Assembly: GCA_950097015.1 (NCBI GenBank)
Contig: CATNEN010000002.1
Location: 2,232,001 to 2,296,000, forward strand
DNA from: Macrostomum hystrix
Taxonomy: Eukaryota > Animalia > Platyhelminthes
DNA: 64,000 nucleotides
Direction: 5' to 3'
Part shown: in pieces, positions 9,124 to 19,996 of the stretch
Numbering within the stretch: position 1 is the first letter of the stretch
Layout of the letters: each line of letters begins with the position of its first letter
Translations under genes and position numbers: made by a program
Notes under the pieces: model-generated
Databases searched by the model: none
The model's input: only the letters and a program-made list of their open reading frames with translations
What the model was told of the DNA's origin: nothing

Positions 9124-12100
9124 GCTCACCCTGGACATCGTCTGGGGACAGGACACCTCGGGTTTTTCCCAGCTGGACCAGCCTCACCGGCTCACCTGGC
9201 CCAGCTGCTCCTCCGAGCCGGCGACGTGGAGACCAACCCTGGGCCACCAACGTCGTACTCATGCGGTGGCTGCAGCACTAACGTCCACAGCTTTCGCATT
9301 TTACAACTTAACGCCGCCGGCCTCCGCGCCCGTAAGCTCGAACTCCTCCATTTCCTCGAGGCCAAGTCCATCGATGTCGCCTGTGTTCAGGAGACGAATT
9401 TGACGGCGACCGGGTCCCTCCCAAGACTGCCGGGCTGGCAATTTGCCGCCCGCAGGGACCGTCGAGCCAATCGCGCTGGCGAGCCGGCGGAGACGCCGCA
9501 CGGCGGAGTCTGCTTCCTGATCAAAGAAGGTATCGACTTCTCCGAGATCCAGATGCCACCCCCCAAGGCTGTCAACTCGGCCACGGAAGCCTCCGCGGTC
9601 ACTATTCACGACTCGCGTATCGGCCGCCCACTCTCGATCATTAACCTCTACATCCCACCGGTCCGTGCAGGAGACGGACGGGTCAGCGACTTCGAACCAG
9701 ACTGGCTCCCATCCGGCCCCGACACCGTTATCCTCGGCGACATTAACGCGCACCACGGGATGTGGGACGAGAGCTGCGAGACCGACGACGCCCTGGGGAC
9801 CGAGTTCGAAAACTGGGCCACGACGTTCGACTACGTCGCGCTTAACGATGGCTCCTTCACCAGAATCAGCCCCAGAGGCCTGACCAGCGCCCCGGACGTG
9901 ACCTTCGTCCCGGCCAACTGGCAAGACCGGATGACCTGGAAGACGGAGGCACACATCGGATCCGACCATCTCCCTATCGTTATCGAGATTCGAAACAGCT
10001 CCAAGAGGCCCCCTAAGCGGAAACGGGTGACCCGCTTCGCCTACCATAAGGCCGACTGGACCCTATTCCGCGAGCTCATTTCCGAAGAACTCAAGCATTG
10101 GCAGCATCGCCCACCACGCTCGGTCGCTGGTGCAACCGTTAAACTGAACCACGCCATCCGTTCAGCCGCTCGAGGAGCGATTCCGCAGGGCTCGCGCCGA
10201 GCCCCAGTAGCATGGTGGTGCCCTGAGGCCGAAGCTGCGTGCACCGCCAGACGTCAGGCCCTCGAAGCTCTCCGCACGGATCCTGACAACGACGAGCTCG
10301 CCGCGGCGTATCAAGCCGCGGGTGCTTTCGCCACCGCGTCCATCCGTAGGGCCAAGGAGGCACTCTGGCAAGAATTCATATCCGACAACTACAATAAACT
10401 GGACTCGGCCGCGATCTGGAGAATAATCCGAGTTCTCGACGGGCGGACACCGGCGGCCAGACCATCCGCAGCCATCAAGGACTCGGCCAACCGCTGCGCC
10501 ACCACGAACTCACAAAAGGCCAACCTTTTCTGTAGAGAGTACGCAACGGTCGCGCAACTTCCTAAAGACAAAGTGCGGGACCACACAGTCAAACTTGAGG
10601 CCAGAAGAGCCCTTGATGAGCCCTGTGCGTGCAACGGACAACGCCTGGGAATGTGTGCTGACTTCGACCTAGAGGCGCTCACCCGAGCCCTCCGCGCCAT
10701 CCCGAGCCGGTCCGCCCCAGGGCTAGACGGGATTTCCAACTTGATGCTGAAGAATCTGCCGCCAAAGGGGATCGAGCTCCTCCTCTTCACCATCAACCTT
10801 TCTTGGCGTAGCGGCCAGTGTTGCGCTGCCTGGAAAATCGGCGACATCAGGCCGATACACAAGCCTGGGAAAAGCCCGGACGCGACCTCCAGCTACCGCC
10901 CCATCTGCCTCCTTTCCTGCACGGCGAAAGTCGCGGAACGTCTGGTTAACGAACGCCTCACGCACTACCTGGAGTCCGAGAACCTCATCCACCCGGCCCA
11001 GGCCGGCTTCCGCCGCGGTCGCTCTACCGAAGAGCAGATTGCCGCGGCATCCCAGTACGTCTTCGACGGCTTCCAGAAGAAAAAACCGGCAAACCGTACA
11101 GCGATGCTGTTTGGGGACTTTTCGCATGCATACGAGCGCATGTGGCGACAGGCCCTCATCGCTAAGTTACGCCGTAAGAAAGTCCCGACCTGCACGCGCC
11201 GCTGGATTCACTCGTATATCTCCGATCGACGTGCCATTGTGACCTGGGACGGCAATCAGAGCCCCCAACGCCTCTTCCCTGAGGGCCTCCCCCAAGGCTC
11301 CGTCATCGCCCCGACTCTGTGGACGGTGTTCGTCGATGACCTGTTGGAGGATGCCCCAGAGGACATATTCTCTCTGGCGTACGCCGACGATACGACCTTT
11401 GGCGCACAAGGCACGAATTTGAAGATCTGTGAAGCAAGACTGCAAAGCGCGGCGAACTGGCTCGTCGAGTGGTGCACGACTTGGAAAGTCGACCTGAACA
11501 AATCCAAAACAGTCGTCACCTACTTCTCCCTCGACCCACGTGAGACAAACGGCAAGGCGAGACCAAATATCAGACTCGGAGACATGCCAGCCCCATTCGA
11601 GGAACACCCCAAGATGCTGGGCGTGTACCTCGATTCACAGCTCACGTTCCGCCACCATGCGGCGGTCCAAAAGCGCAACCTGCAGAAGCGGACAGGCGCC
11701 CTGAGGTGCCTTGCTGGTCGAGACTGGGGGCGCGACCCGAGATCTCTCAGACAGCTTTACCGCACCTACGCGGAAGCGGCGGTCCTACACGGCGCCTCCT
11801 CTTGGATGAGCTTTGCGTCCGACGCCTGCCGCCGGGAAGTTGAGACCCAGCACCTCGCCGCAGCGCGCGTTATCTCGGGGTGCTGCCGATCCACCCCGAC
11901 TGCCGCGCTCCTCAAAGAGGCCGGACTGGCTCCACTCAACACCTCGGCTACGGCCGCTGCGGCTACGCTGATGGAGAAAACCCGGCGAGCAAGACAACAG
12001 ACACCGCTCAGAACGCTGGCCGAACTCGACGTTCAACCGAGAATCCGCGCTCACGGCAACCACGGCGATTTCAGACGCAACTGGAGGACGGAGGCCAATG

Positions 12101-13161
12101 GCCTGATCGCCCGCGCAGGCCTCGCGGGATCCAAGCGCGAACCTGACAACGTGCCACCGCCTCCCCTATCGCCTAACGACAGGATCCACTTCGCAGCGGA
12201 ACTCGCCAAACCGACCAACCGGGAGGATCCCCCGCACGTCAGACGCCAAGCCGCACTGGAGACGCTGGACCGGCTTCCGGAACCCGCCTTGGAACTCTGG
12301 ACCGACGGCTCGGCCTCCGGAGGCACCAATAGAGGCGGATCCGGTGCGGCCCTGTTCATCCGCGGAGCCGCGCCAATCTACCTGACTGCTCCAGCGGGCG
12401 CGTTCAGCTCTTCTTTTAGGGCGGAGGAGTGTGCCCTCCGCATTGGTCTCCTAGCAGCCCTGGAGCGCGTCCCATGGCCCGGCACGGCAGAACTGCGTTG
12501 CGCCACTGATTCGCAGGCCCTCATCCGATCGCTCGAACAAGGCCCGCACTCTCACCTGTCCCCCTGCGGCCGGGACATCTGGCGCCTCCTCCTCAAAGTC
12601 CCTGCGGACCACCACGTGACTATCCAATGGGTCCCAGGACACTGTGACCTGAGGCGCAACGACCTGGCGGACAACCTCGCAAAAGACGCCGCCAGACTCC
12701 CACAAGACCAAGCGGAAATCGACCTAAACAGTGCCAAGTCCGCGATCCGCCGCACACTGGCCGCCGAGGCTCGCGCTGCCTACGAAGCGGACCCACACTG
12801 CCGGACGCACCGCGCTGCCTTCCGCGAAGACCGCAGGTCCGAGGCGACTCTCAGCAGACGCGAGTTGATCACGCTAGCGCAACTTCGCACGGGCCACTCG
12901 CCTCTGCTGGCCCAGTACCGCCACCGGATTGACCAAGAACAGCCCGCGTCCTGCGGGCACTGCGGACACCAGGAGGAGGACCTGAAGCATGTGATGCTGG
13001 AATGCCCAGCTCACGCCCAGACCCGCAACCGCGTCCTCGGCCCTAACCCGACGCTGGCCATCCTATCCGACGACGGCCCCCGTGTCCTGTCCTATCTCCA
13101 GGCGATAGGGTCGCTGACCCGACCCCCGGACCTGCCCGGCCAGGAACGTCTAACTAACTAA
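9022..13161 (+). CDS. Ingi-type polyprotein: 2A peptide, APE endonuclease, reverse transcriptase, RNase H, C-terminal Zn-binding motif
   Basis: VACVQET, VILGDINAHH, GSDHLPI; YRPICLL, GLPQGSVIAP, YADD; WTDGS, RAEECAL, TDSQA, WVPGH, NDLAD; CGHCGHQEEDLKHVMLEC. The ORF-track start (8926) lies outside the element. Confidence 0.9.
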   Translation, partial: GGGAFATPSAPGALPNAAAFTWRDRPDSPPAKCSAHPGHRLGTGHLGFFPAGPASPAHLAQLLLRAGDVETNPGPPTSYSCGGCSTNVHSFRILQLNAAGLRARKLELLHFLEAKSIDVACVQETNLTATGSLPRLPGWQFAARRDRRANRAGEPAETPHGGVCFLIKEGIDFSEIQMPPPKAVNSATEASAVTIHDSRIGRPLSIINLYIPPVRAGDGRVSDFEPDWLPSGPDTVILGDINAHHGMWDESCETDDALGTEFENWATTFDYVALNDGSFTRISPRGLTSAPDVTFVPANWQDRMTWKTEAHIGSDHLPIVIEIRNSSKRPPKRKRVTRFAYHKADWTLFRELISEELKHWQHRPPRSVAGATVKLNHAIRSAARGAIPQGSRRAPVAWWCPEAEAACTARRQALEALRTDPDNDELAAAYQAAGAFATASIRRAKEALWQEFISDNYNKLDSAAIWRIIRVLDGRTPAARPSAAIKDSANRCATTNSQKANLFCREYATVAQLPKDKVRDHTVKLEARRALDEPCACNGQRLGMCADFDLEALTRALRAIPSRSAPGLDGISNLMLKNLPPKGIELLLFTINLSWRSGQCCAAWKIGDIRPIHKPGKSPDATSSYRPICLLSCTAKVAERLVNERLTHYLESENLIHPAQAGFRRGRSTEEQIAAASQYVFDGFQKKKPANRTAMLFGDFSHAYERMWRQALIAKLRRKKVPTCTRRWIHSYISDRRAIVTWDGNQSPQRLFPEGLPQGSVIAPTLWTVFVDDLLEDAPEDIFSLAYADDTTFGAQGTNLKICEARLQSAANWLVEWCTTWKVDLNKSKTVVTYFSLDPRETNGKARPNIRLGDMPAPFEEHPKMLGVYLDSQLTFRHHAAVQKRNLQKRTGALRCLAGRDWGRDPRSLRQLYRTYAEAAVLHGASSWMSFASDACRREVETQHLAAARVISGCCRSTPTAALLKEAGLAPLNTSATAAAATLMEKTRRARQQTPLRTLAELDVQPRIRAHGNHGDFRRNWRTEANGLIARAGLAGSKREPDNVPPPPLSPNDRIHFAAELAKPTNREDPPHVRRQAALETLDRLPEPALELWTDGSASGGTNRGGSGAALFIRGAAPIYLTAPAGAFSSSFRAEECALRIGLLAALERVPWPGTAELRCATDSQALIRSLEQGPHSHLSPCGRDIWRLLLKVPADHHVTIQWVPGHCDLRRNDLADNLAKDAARLPQDQAEIDLNSAKSAIRRTLAAEARAAYEADPHCRTHRAAFREDRRSEATLSRRELITLAQLRTGHSPLLAQYRHRIDQEQPASCGHCGHQEEDLKHVMLECPAHAQTRNRVLGPNPTLAILSDDGPRVLSYLQAIGSLTRPPDLPGQERLTN
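9184..9246 (+). other. 2A (StopGo) ribosome-skipping peptide
   Basis: SPAHLAQLLLRAGDVETNPG|P matches D(V/I)ExNPGP with an upstream Leu-rich helix. Confidence 0.9.
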
Positions 13162-13394
13162 CTAACAGGAGCGGCTACGTGAGGCCAAACCCCCAAAAAC
13201 GTGCTCAGAAAACGGAATTAAATTGCAATACTTGAGTTCTTTTACACATGCAGCATTCAGTCCGCACACTTCAGACAACTTGATTACTTAATTCGAGATA
13301 TATACCAGCTAAGTATAGCTATTAATTTTAAAGACCCTAATAGGGCTAAATATACAGCCGACGGCACAGCCCTAGTAGTGATCACGTGTCACAT

Positions 13395-13620
13395 CTGAAA
13401 GCTGCGTATGGCTGTTCAGTCCGTGGACTGGGGGGACGCCACACCCACCCTCAATTACCCCAGCTAATACTGCAGGTACCCATTTAAGAGCTGGGTGAAC
13501 TGACGCAATGCAGAGTTAAGTGTCTTACTAAAGGTAAAGAAAATATTTAAGTTGAGTCGGAAATCCCGACCTTAGAGTCGTGAGTCCTACACTCTAAGCA
13601 CTTGGCTTCAGCCCCCACTT
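13395..13620 (-). mobile_element. SINE family A, copy 2
   Basis: Near-identical to 12-245. Confidence 0.7.
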
Positions 13621-14473
13621 GATTAAATATCATTCAAAGCCATCATTGGTTGCTAAGTTTTGTTGATATCCAGTAAAATCGTAGCAAACAGCAGTGACAT
13701 GGCGGATTTTTCTTATTCATCAATGACGGAATAACTTATTGATGTTGTGCCCACCACTGGGTACATTGTATTAAATTGCAAAACACTTTTTTCTTCTATG
13801 CATCCTGAGACGTGTCAGAAAAACTTACTGAAATACCACAAATGATTTGATAAATTGCTTGTAGAGCTGACATCGTCAGTACTAAATGTTGATAACCAAA
13901 GTGAGCGATCGTTATGCAATTAAAAAAAATAAAAAATGAAAACAGAACTTTTGAACTTCTAAGATGAAATGAATTAAAAATTCTGTCTCAGTTAAGGCCG
14001 AACGAGACAAGGTCACGAAAGTACATGGCGTTTGCTTCGAGTTTTTTAGACTCTCATTAACAATGCCAGCTCAAAATACTTGGACGAATTCCATGAGAAA
14101 ATTTTCCTGCCTAATTACCGGTTCAGACGAAAAGTATGGTAGCATTATCTTCATGGCACTCGTAATTTACTTCTCAAAACAAAGCGATATTGTCATTTTT
14201 ATACATTTTTAATTTTAATTCGAGAAATAATGTGAGCTATCTACAACTCGTATGTAAATATAACTATCAATGCAGTATATTTTACAGTTTTTATCGAGTG
14301 GATTAGCGGATGCTAAGCAAGGGTAAGATTAAAGTTGTCAAGTAGTTTTCTGTCAAGAAGAGAGTTATTAATTATACCTGCTTGTAAATTTCTAGCCTGG
14401 TCAGAAAGCTTATAGCGTGGAAACACAGTTGAATGGTCTGTATAAAAATAAGAGGCTGCTTTGCAAGCCACTG

Positions 14474-14616
14474 CTTTTCTGAGCACGTTTTTGGGGTTTG
14501 GCCTCACGTAGCCGCTCCTGTCGCAGCCCACCACGAGACTTTTGGGGGTTTGAGCACGTTTTGTTGGGGTTTGGCCTCATGTAGCCGCTCCTGTCGCAGC
14601 CCACCCCGAGACTTTC
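14474..14616 (+). promoter_or_regulatory. Gene 3 promoter with a 71-bp tandem duplication; TATA altered to CAATAAAT
   Basis: GCACGTTTT at 14483 and 14554. Gene 1 has a single copy of this unit. Confidence 0.7.
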
Positions 14617-14717
14617 GACGTCAATAAATAGTGACAGCCAGAAGCTTCTCAATTTTCTCAAGCCGAGTTTAATAAAGCATCCTCGAGTGGATCTTCTTCA
14701 AAGCAACGAAAGCGACA

Positions 14718-14915
14718 ATGAAGTGGCAGTTTGCCCTAGGCCTCCTGCTGTGCATGGCCCTAGCTGTCTACGCCAGCCCAGCCGATCAGAACGACGACCA
14801 AGAAGAGGTCGCCGCCGCCCTCGCCGACATTGCCGAGCCGGCCCAGGCCGATGAGGACGAGGCGTCCGAAGCCAAGTTCCGGTACCGAGGTCCGAGTAAC
14901 TCGGAAAGGCACTAA
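14718..14915 (+). pseudogene. Precursor gene 3, mature-peptide region deleted
   Basis: Pre-pro region near-identical to gene 1. After EAKFRYR the Arg/Tyr-rich coding segment is missing and the frame runs into 3' flanking sequence (GPSNSERH). Confidence 0.75.
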
Positions 14916-15451
14916 AGGCACTCGGAAACACTTTACAGTAAACTTAAAAACACTCAGCTGATTTCATTTCTAGGAGCCCTATGGCTACTAATATAGTTCT
15001 GAATAAAGTTCTAATAAAGGCCTGCCACCTTTCTACTCGCAGATTACATTCTACATTGCTGAGATATTGCATGTGAGACCTACCGATGTAAGAATATTAA
15101 ATAAAACGTTATAAAAACTGAAGTGGCGCTTTGTTAATGAAACCGTTACGTAGTAAATCTGAGCGTTCTAATTGATTTTTTTCTTTCCGAATCATATTCA
15201 ATCTTCGTGAATCTTAGACCTCAACAGTAGCAATCAATGGCTTGACCTTCACCAGCCCCTAAAGAAGTTGAAGGAGCATTCTGTTGCTTAAGAACTAAAA
15301 TTTTATGATATAGCTTAGCAATTGTAACATCATTGCAAAAAGGGAACAAACTGTTTTGCATGAGAATACAAAAACCAAAATAGTTTGCGATTTCTACGTA
15401 GCGTGCAAACTGTATAGCGTAGTTATGCTTCCATCAAAGCCGCTGCAGAAA

Positions 15452-16460
15452 TGACGGTCCCGCTGATGCGCCAGTGCTCAGTTTCGTCTCGCACATTGTG
15501 CTGATCCCGAAGAAGGCCGGGACGACAGTGAAAGAAGACTACCGATTGATGTTCTCCCGTATGCCTGTACTTTCTGACATTCTGATGTCATTTACTGCTA
15601 AGAGATTTAACCAAATGCTTCTCGATCGTTTGCAGTCAGTGCTGGACCCGTATCTGAGGTGCAAAAATAACGGGTTCTGGCCACAGCTCCTCGTGACAGT
15701 GTCGCAGATCCTTGCTCTCCGTCGTGTGATCTAGGAGGCGCGCGTCCACCAGTCAACACTAATTATTATCTTCATTGTATTTCGACCTGTGCTGAGAGCT
15801 TGGTCGCGCAAACATTCGTTCTTCGTGCCCACCGGGTGCCGCAGCATTCAGCTTTTAGACGGCATCATTTCGTTGTACCACGACACGCGTGCTGCTCTGG
15901 TGACGGCAGACTGCCTGTCCGGGGCGCTACAGGGCGACACACTTGCGCCGTTTCTATCCATGCTGCTCTGGAACTGGGTGCACCGGATTGCTTTCCGCTC
16001 GACTGACGAGGGCTTCCTACTGTGCAGGCGCATCCGTCGCCGCTAAAACGAGAAGGGCTAGACCTTGCCCTCCTGTCTTCCTCAGCTTGTGGCGTCCAGC
16101 ACCGGATTGACGGCTTCGTCAGGCGGCAAGCGTCGGCCTAGTCGACAAGACGTGGAAGACCGAGGTGCTGACCGTGCCGTTGACATTCCAGCGGTCCTGA
16201 CATGCTGCTGCGGAGACGGGCAGAGCTCACTCGCTGCCAGAAGTTCATCTACGCAGAGGACTCACCTGGGCGGCCTACCGGTCCATCAGTCCAAAGCGCT
16301 GCCCGACCGCCAGAGGGCTCGGCTGTATGGTCGAGACCATCGTGCTGTACAACGTAGAGTCAAGGACACTAACGGCAGAGCCGCAACTGGATTCGGTGTA
16401 CTCGGGGCTGCTCCGCGCGGCCTTCCCAGCTAACGAGAACCTCCGAAACGAGGCCGTGAT
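15452..16460 (+). mobile_element. Decayed non-LTR retrotransposon RT fragment (RTE-related)
   Basis: IVLIPKK...DYR, NNGF...SQILALRRVI, GALQGDTLAPFL; contains stops and frameshifts. Confidence 0.75.
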
Positions 16461-17684
16461 GCGTGAACCGTTCCTTTAAAGCGTAAAACTGTGTTTGAAA
16501 TCGTGTACCAGCAAAAATACAAATCCTGAGTTGTGACGAGCAATCAGGCTAGGAAATCAAAGCAATTGATTCGTTTGTTTAGACAAATAAGACCTGACAA
16601 TTGCTCATAGATAACTCCCAAGTTCAAACCTAAGTGGAGAACAGTGTCAGTTGTTGTTAATGACTTTGAGGTCTGGGCGCTTTTATCTTATGCAACGTGG
16701 GTCCTTGGGACCACAGCCCTCTGTGAAAGAGTGAACACCAGGAGCTGTAAGGCAATACTTCAATTTAGCCACAATATAGGCAGCAAAGTATTATTCATAC
16801 AACATCCATTTGAGAAGCAGTCTTACTGCGCTTCCATAACAAGCTGCCAAGATTCCATAATTTCCTAACTATTAGGGACCCAGCATGCAGCGAAATTGGA
16901 ATCAGTATAAAAATAAATGTCAACAATATTGCGATAACGAGCTACGCGCATGAGAAACATTTATAAATAACCTCACGTAGGCCCAGGTATGAGTACAGGG
17001 CCCTATGGGGTCACCAGCGTCTGTGCGAGACTGTCTCAAGCTTGGTCAATGGCGTAGTGACTAGGCCATTGTGTAAAATCATATTAAATAGTCCTTTTTG
17101 CATGAGAAAAAGCTTGATAGTTAATGAAAAACATTACCGTGATAGAGATGATCACAGACATTAACTCCACGCATGCACAAAATTGAAAAAATTCATGTAA
17201 TGGTGTCTCTGAGAAATTAAAGGGTGAGCGATTGGTCGAGCTTTGGGGGGGGCGCCACAATGCCACAACCTTCAATAAGGGTTATTAAGTTGTTTTTGTG
17301 AAGCAAATGCGGCAACACTGGCAATGGCCAACACGCCATTGCGCGGTAAGCAATGAGTCACGGGCACACAGTCTTTGCTACTACAATCAACAAGAGTGAG
17401 AAAATGCAGATGCTGGGAATACCTTCCAACAGAGACAGAAAATGCTTTCTAGGTCGAATATTCATTTCCATTTTGCTAAAATAAGAAACTATTTGGTATT
17501 TGGTATTTTGTAGTGAGCACGTTTTCAGGGGTTCCGATCTCAATAGAACACCAAAAACGTGACGCTCAACCCCCAGTCTGGGCATTTATAAATATGGGAC
17601 AGCCAAGGCGCGTTCCCAGAACTCCTTCAACCACTGGAGCTTACGCTAACTAGCAGAGCCTCTCTTAAACAAAACGCATCAGCA

Positions 17685-17960
17685 ATGAAGTGGCAGTTTG
17701 CCCTCGGTTTGCTACTGTGCGTAGCCTTGGCCGTCTACGCCAGCCCGGCCGATCAGAACGACGACGATGAAGAGGTGGCCGCCGACGCCCTGGCCGACAT
17801 GGCCGAGCCGGCACAGGCCGATGAGGAGGACGCCAGCCCGGAGGCCAAGTTCTTGATTCGGTTCCGCAGGCGCCATCGCGTCTTCCGCCGCCGATTCGTT
17901 CGCCGCTACTACCGCCGCCGCTTCCACCCCTACTACCCTTTTCCCTATGGCAAGAAGTGA
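17685..17960 (+). CDS. Secreted Arg/Tyr-rich cationic peptide precursor, gene 4 (91 aa)
   Basis: Signal + acidic pro-piece ending PEAK + FLIRFRRRHRVFRRRFVRRYYRRRFHPYYPFPY-GKK. GCACGTTTT at 17517, TATA at 17587, AATAAA at ~18047. Confidence 0.85.
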   Translation: MKWQFALGLLLCVALAVYASPADQNDDDEEVAADALADMAEPAQADEEDASPEAKFLIRFRRRHRVFRRRFVRRYYRRRFHPYYPFPYGKK

Positions 17961-18856
17961 GACGTGCCATTGACGACTCGTTGCCTCAACCGGAGTAGCT
18001 GACAGGACCGGCCTTGCATCGATACGCTTCTGTGATTAGCAATCAACAATAAACAAATGACATATTTATTACTATTTTTTCAGAAGAAAAGATCTTGTTT
18101 GATGGATTACATCCTGTTTTGCCAGACCATGACGATGTATTTTACAAAATAAACAAATTCAGTCTTCGCTGACTGTAAAAGTGTTCATATTGCAGTCTGA
18201 TGAGTTTAGCTTTCAATTTCTGGTGACACTGGGTTCTGCGGCTGCCTTGGTAAAAGTACAATGCTTGAAACCAAAGTAGAGTCAATAATAATGAGCACAT
18301 TCTTATAGCTAAACCGTTTTTTGAAATACGTTTCCTTGAAATTGTAAACGCCGGTCATGAAAGGTATAATGATTCATATTTTTACTTGTATGACGTGCAA
18401 AGTTTCAAGGTAAACAGGAAAAATTGTTTTGATAAATCTGAACTACTGTTTTTATCGAGCTACTATCTTTATATCATTCGTTTGTAATAAACACAGACTC
18501 ACACAACTGTCTGTTTTGAGCAGACTAGCAGACAGCAGACTTGCAAAACTACGAGCTGGCTGACATTAGCTGTTGTTTGTTCTGACTTCGTCGCAAAAAA
18601 ACTCTTTCGGAATGCACCAGGAAAACACATTGCTGTTAATATACAACCTAGCAACCTTGGGCAGTTTGAGAATTGTTTTTCGTGACTCACATTAAAAAGC
18701 TAGTGAAGATTTGTTCTTGCTACAAGTATTTAGAAGTACGAAATGTTTTCAAATTCATACACTAAAAGAATTCATGGCCTTAATTTTCACATCAAAGAAC
18801 AAGCGCCGCATACTTCTCGATGCCTAAATTTGGGGTTATGGATTTTACTCGTTAAG

Positions 18857-19070
18857 TGGCTGTAACCTAGTGGTTTGACCGTCTCGGACTCACGGCCTGA
18901 AGGTCGGGGTGTCGATTCCCCACTCAACTGAAATAAATTGTGTACCTTAGCGAGACATTTGGGCGCTGCATTACTTTAGCTCATCCAGCTGCTAATAGGG
19001 TAGCAGCATCAGCTGGGGTTTGGTATCCTTCTAGTCCATGGACTGAACAGCTGTACGCAGCCTTCAGATA
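18857..19070 (+). mobile_element. SINE family A, copy 3
   Basis: tRNA-like head (A and B boxes) and the same tail as copy 1. Confidence 0.65.
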
Positions 19071-19774
19071 CTGTGCTAGGCCTTTAGATAATTTCTAAGA
19101 ATATTTTTGGACCTGAAAGAATTGCTGGAAAAGAAGCTTGTCAGAAGTTTTAACCGGATGGAAGTTGGTGACCTCTCAGTAATCGAACCAACTTTCATTC
19201 CAATCTCCAAAGCAAACCGCGCATGTTGGTTTTGTAAATACGAATAAGAACAGATCTGCAATTCTAGAATACATTTCTGGCGTTAACAAGAAATACGGGG
19301 TCTCTCAATGCAAAGAATGCAGTTCATTTTCACTCACAGCATGGCATCGCCCTCAAGCTATGGGGGGTTTCAATTTAATAAAAACGCAATTATATTTCGG
19401 TGAGAAAAAAGTCTCTTTATTTGCAGCCCTTGAAGACAACACACACAGCTCAGCTGAGAAAGCATTGTCCACCCCTCACCCTCAATTAAAGCATTTCACA
19501 GGAGCAGCACAGCAGCAGCTCATTGGTATCCGTGGAAATTTACCTAGTCAGTGGCATTTTCCTACAATACCCCTGCGCATCAGCTCATCAGGCCACTGCG
19601 GCACGTTTTCTGGGCTTCTGGATCGCAACTTGACGCCCGAAAAAACGTGCCCACACGCGAGTGTTTGGATTCTATAAATTAACGCCCCCCCGCAGCCCAG
19701 TCAGATTCCCCCCAAGAAACCTTCATCGCTGACCTATCGGCCCCTCCTTCTGCAAACCGAAGCAAGCCCCAGCA

Positions 19775-19996
19775 ATGAAGTGGCAATTCGCAGTCGCTCT
19801 CCTTCTGTGCGTGGCCGTGGCCGTTTATGCCAGCCCAGCCGATCAGGATCACGACGATGACGCCGAAGAGGTGGCCGCCGCCCTCGCCGACATGACCGAG
19901 CCCGAGCAGGCCGACGAGGAGAACGCCGCCCCGGAGGCCAAGTGGCGCGTGCGTCGGCGCTTCATCCGCCGCTACTACCGCCGTCTAGGCAAATAG
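19775..19996 (+). CDS. Secreted Arg/Tyr-rich cationic peptide precursor, gene 5 (73 aa)
   Basis: Signal + acidic pro-piece ending PEAK + WRVRRRFIRRYYRRL-GK. GCACGTTTT at 19601, inverted AAAACGTGC at 19642, TATA at 19673. Confidence 0.85.
   Translation: MKWQFAVALLLCVAVAVYASPADQDHDDDAEEVAAALADMTEPEQADEENAAPEAKWRVRRRFIRRYYRRLGK

Larger units (their letters stand above)
9022..13166 (+). mobile_element. Full-length Ingi-clade non-LTR retrotransposon, apparently intact
   Basis: TSD ACAGGAGCGGCT at 9010-9021 and 13165-13176, (TAAC)4 tail at 13151-13166, single uninterrupted ORF. Confidence 0.9.
13390..18920 (+). repeat. Segmental duplication unit B (carries precursor genes 3 and 4)
   Basis: Collinear with 1-7040. 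Confidence 0.85.

Noticed and set aside
9080-12755. Many 60-250 aa antisense or alternate-frame ORFs within the Ingi element
   Set aside because: Expected by-products of GC-rich coding sequence.
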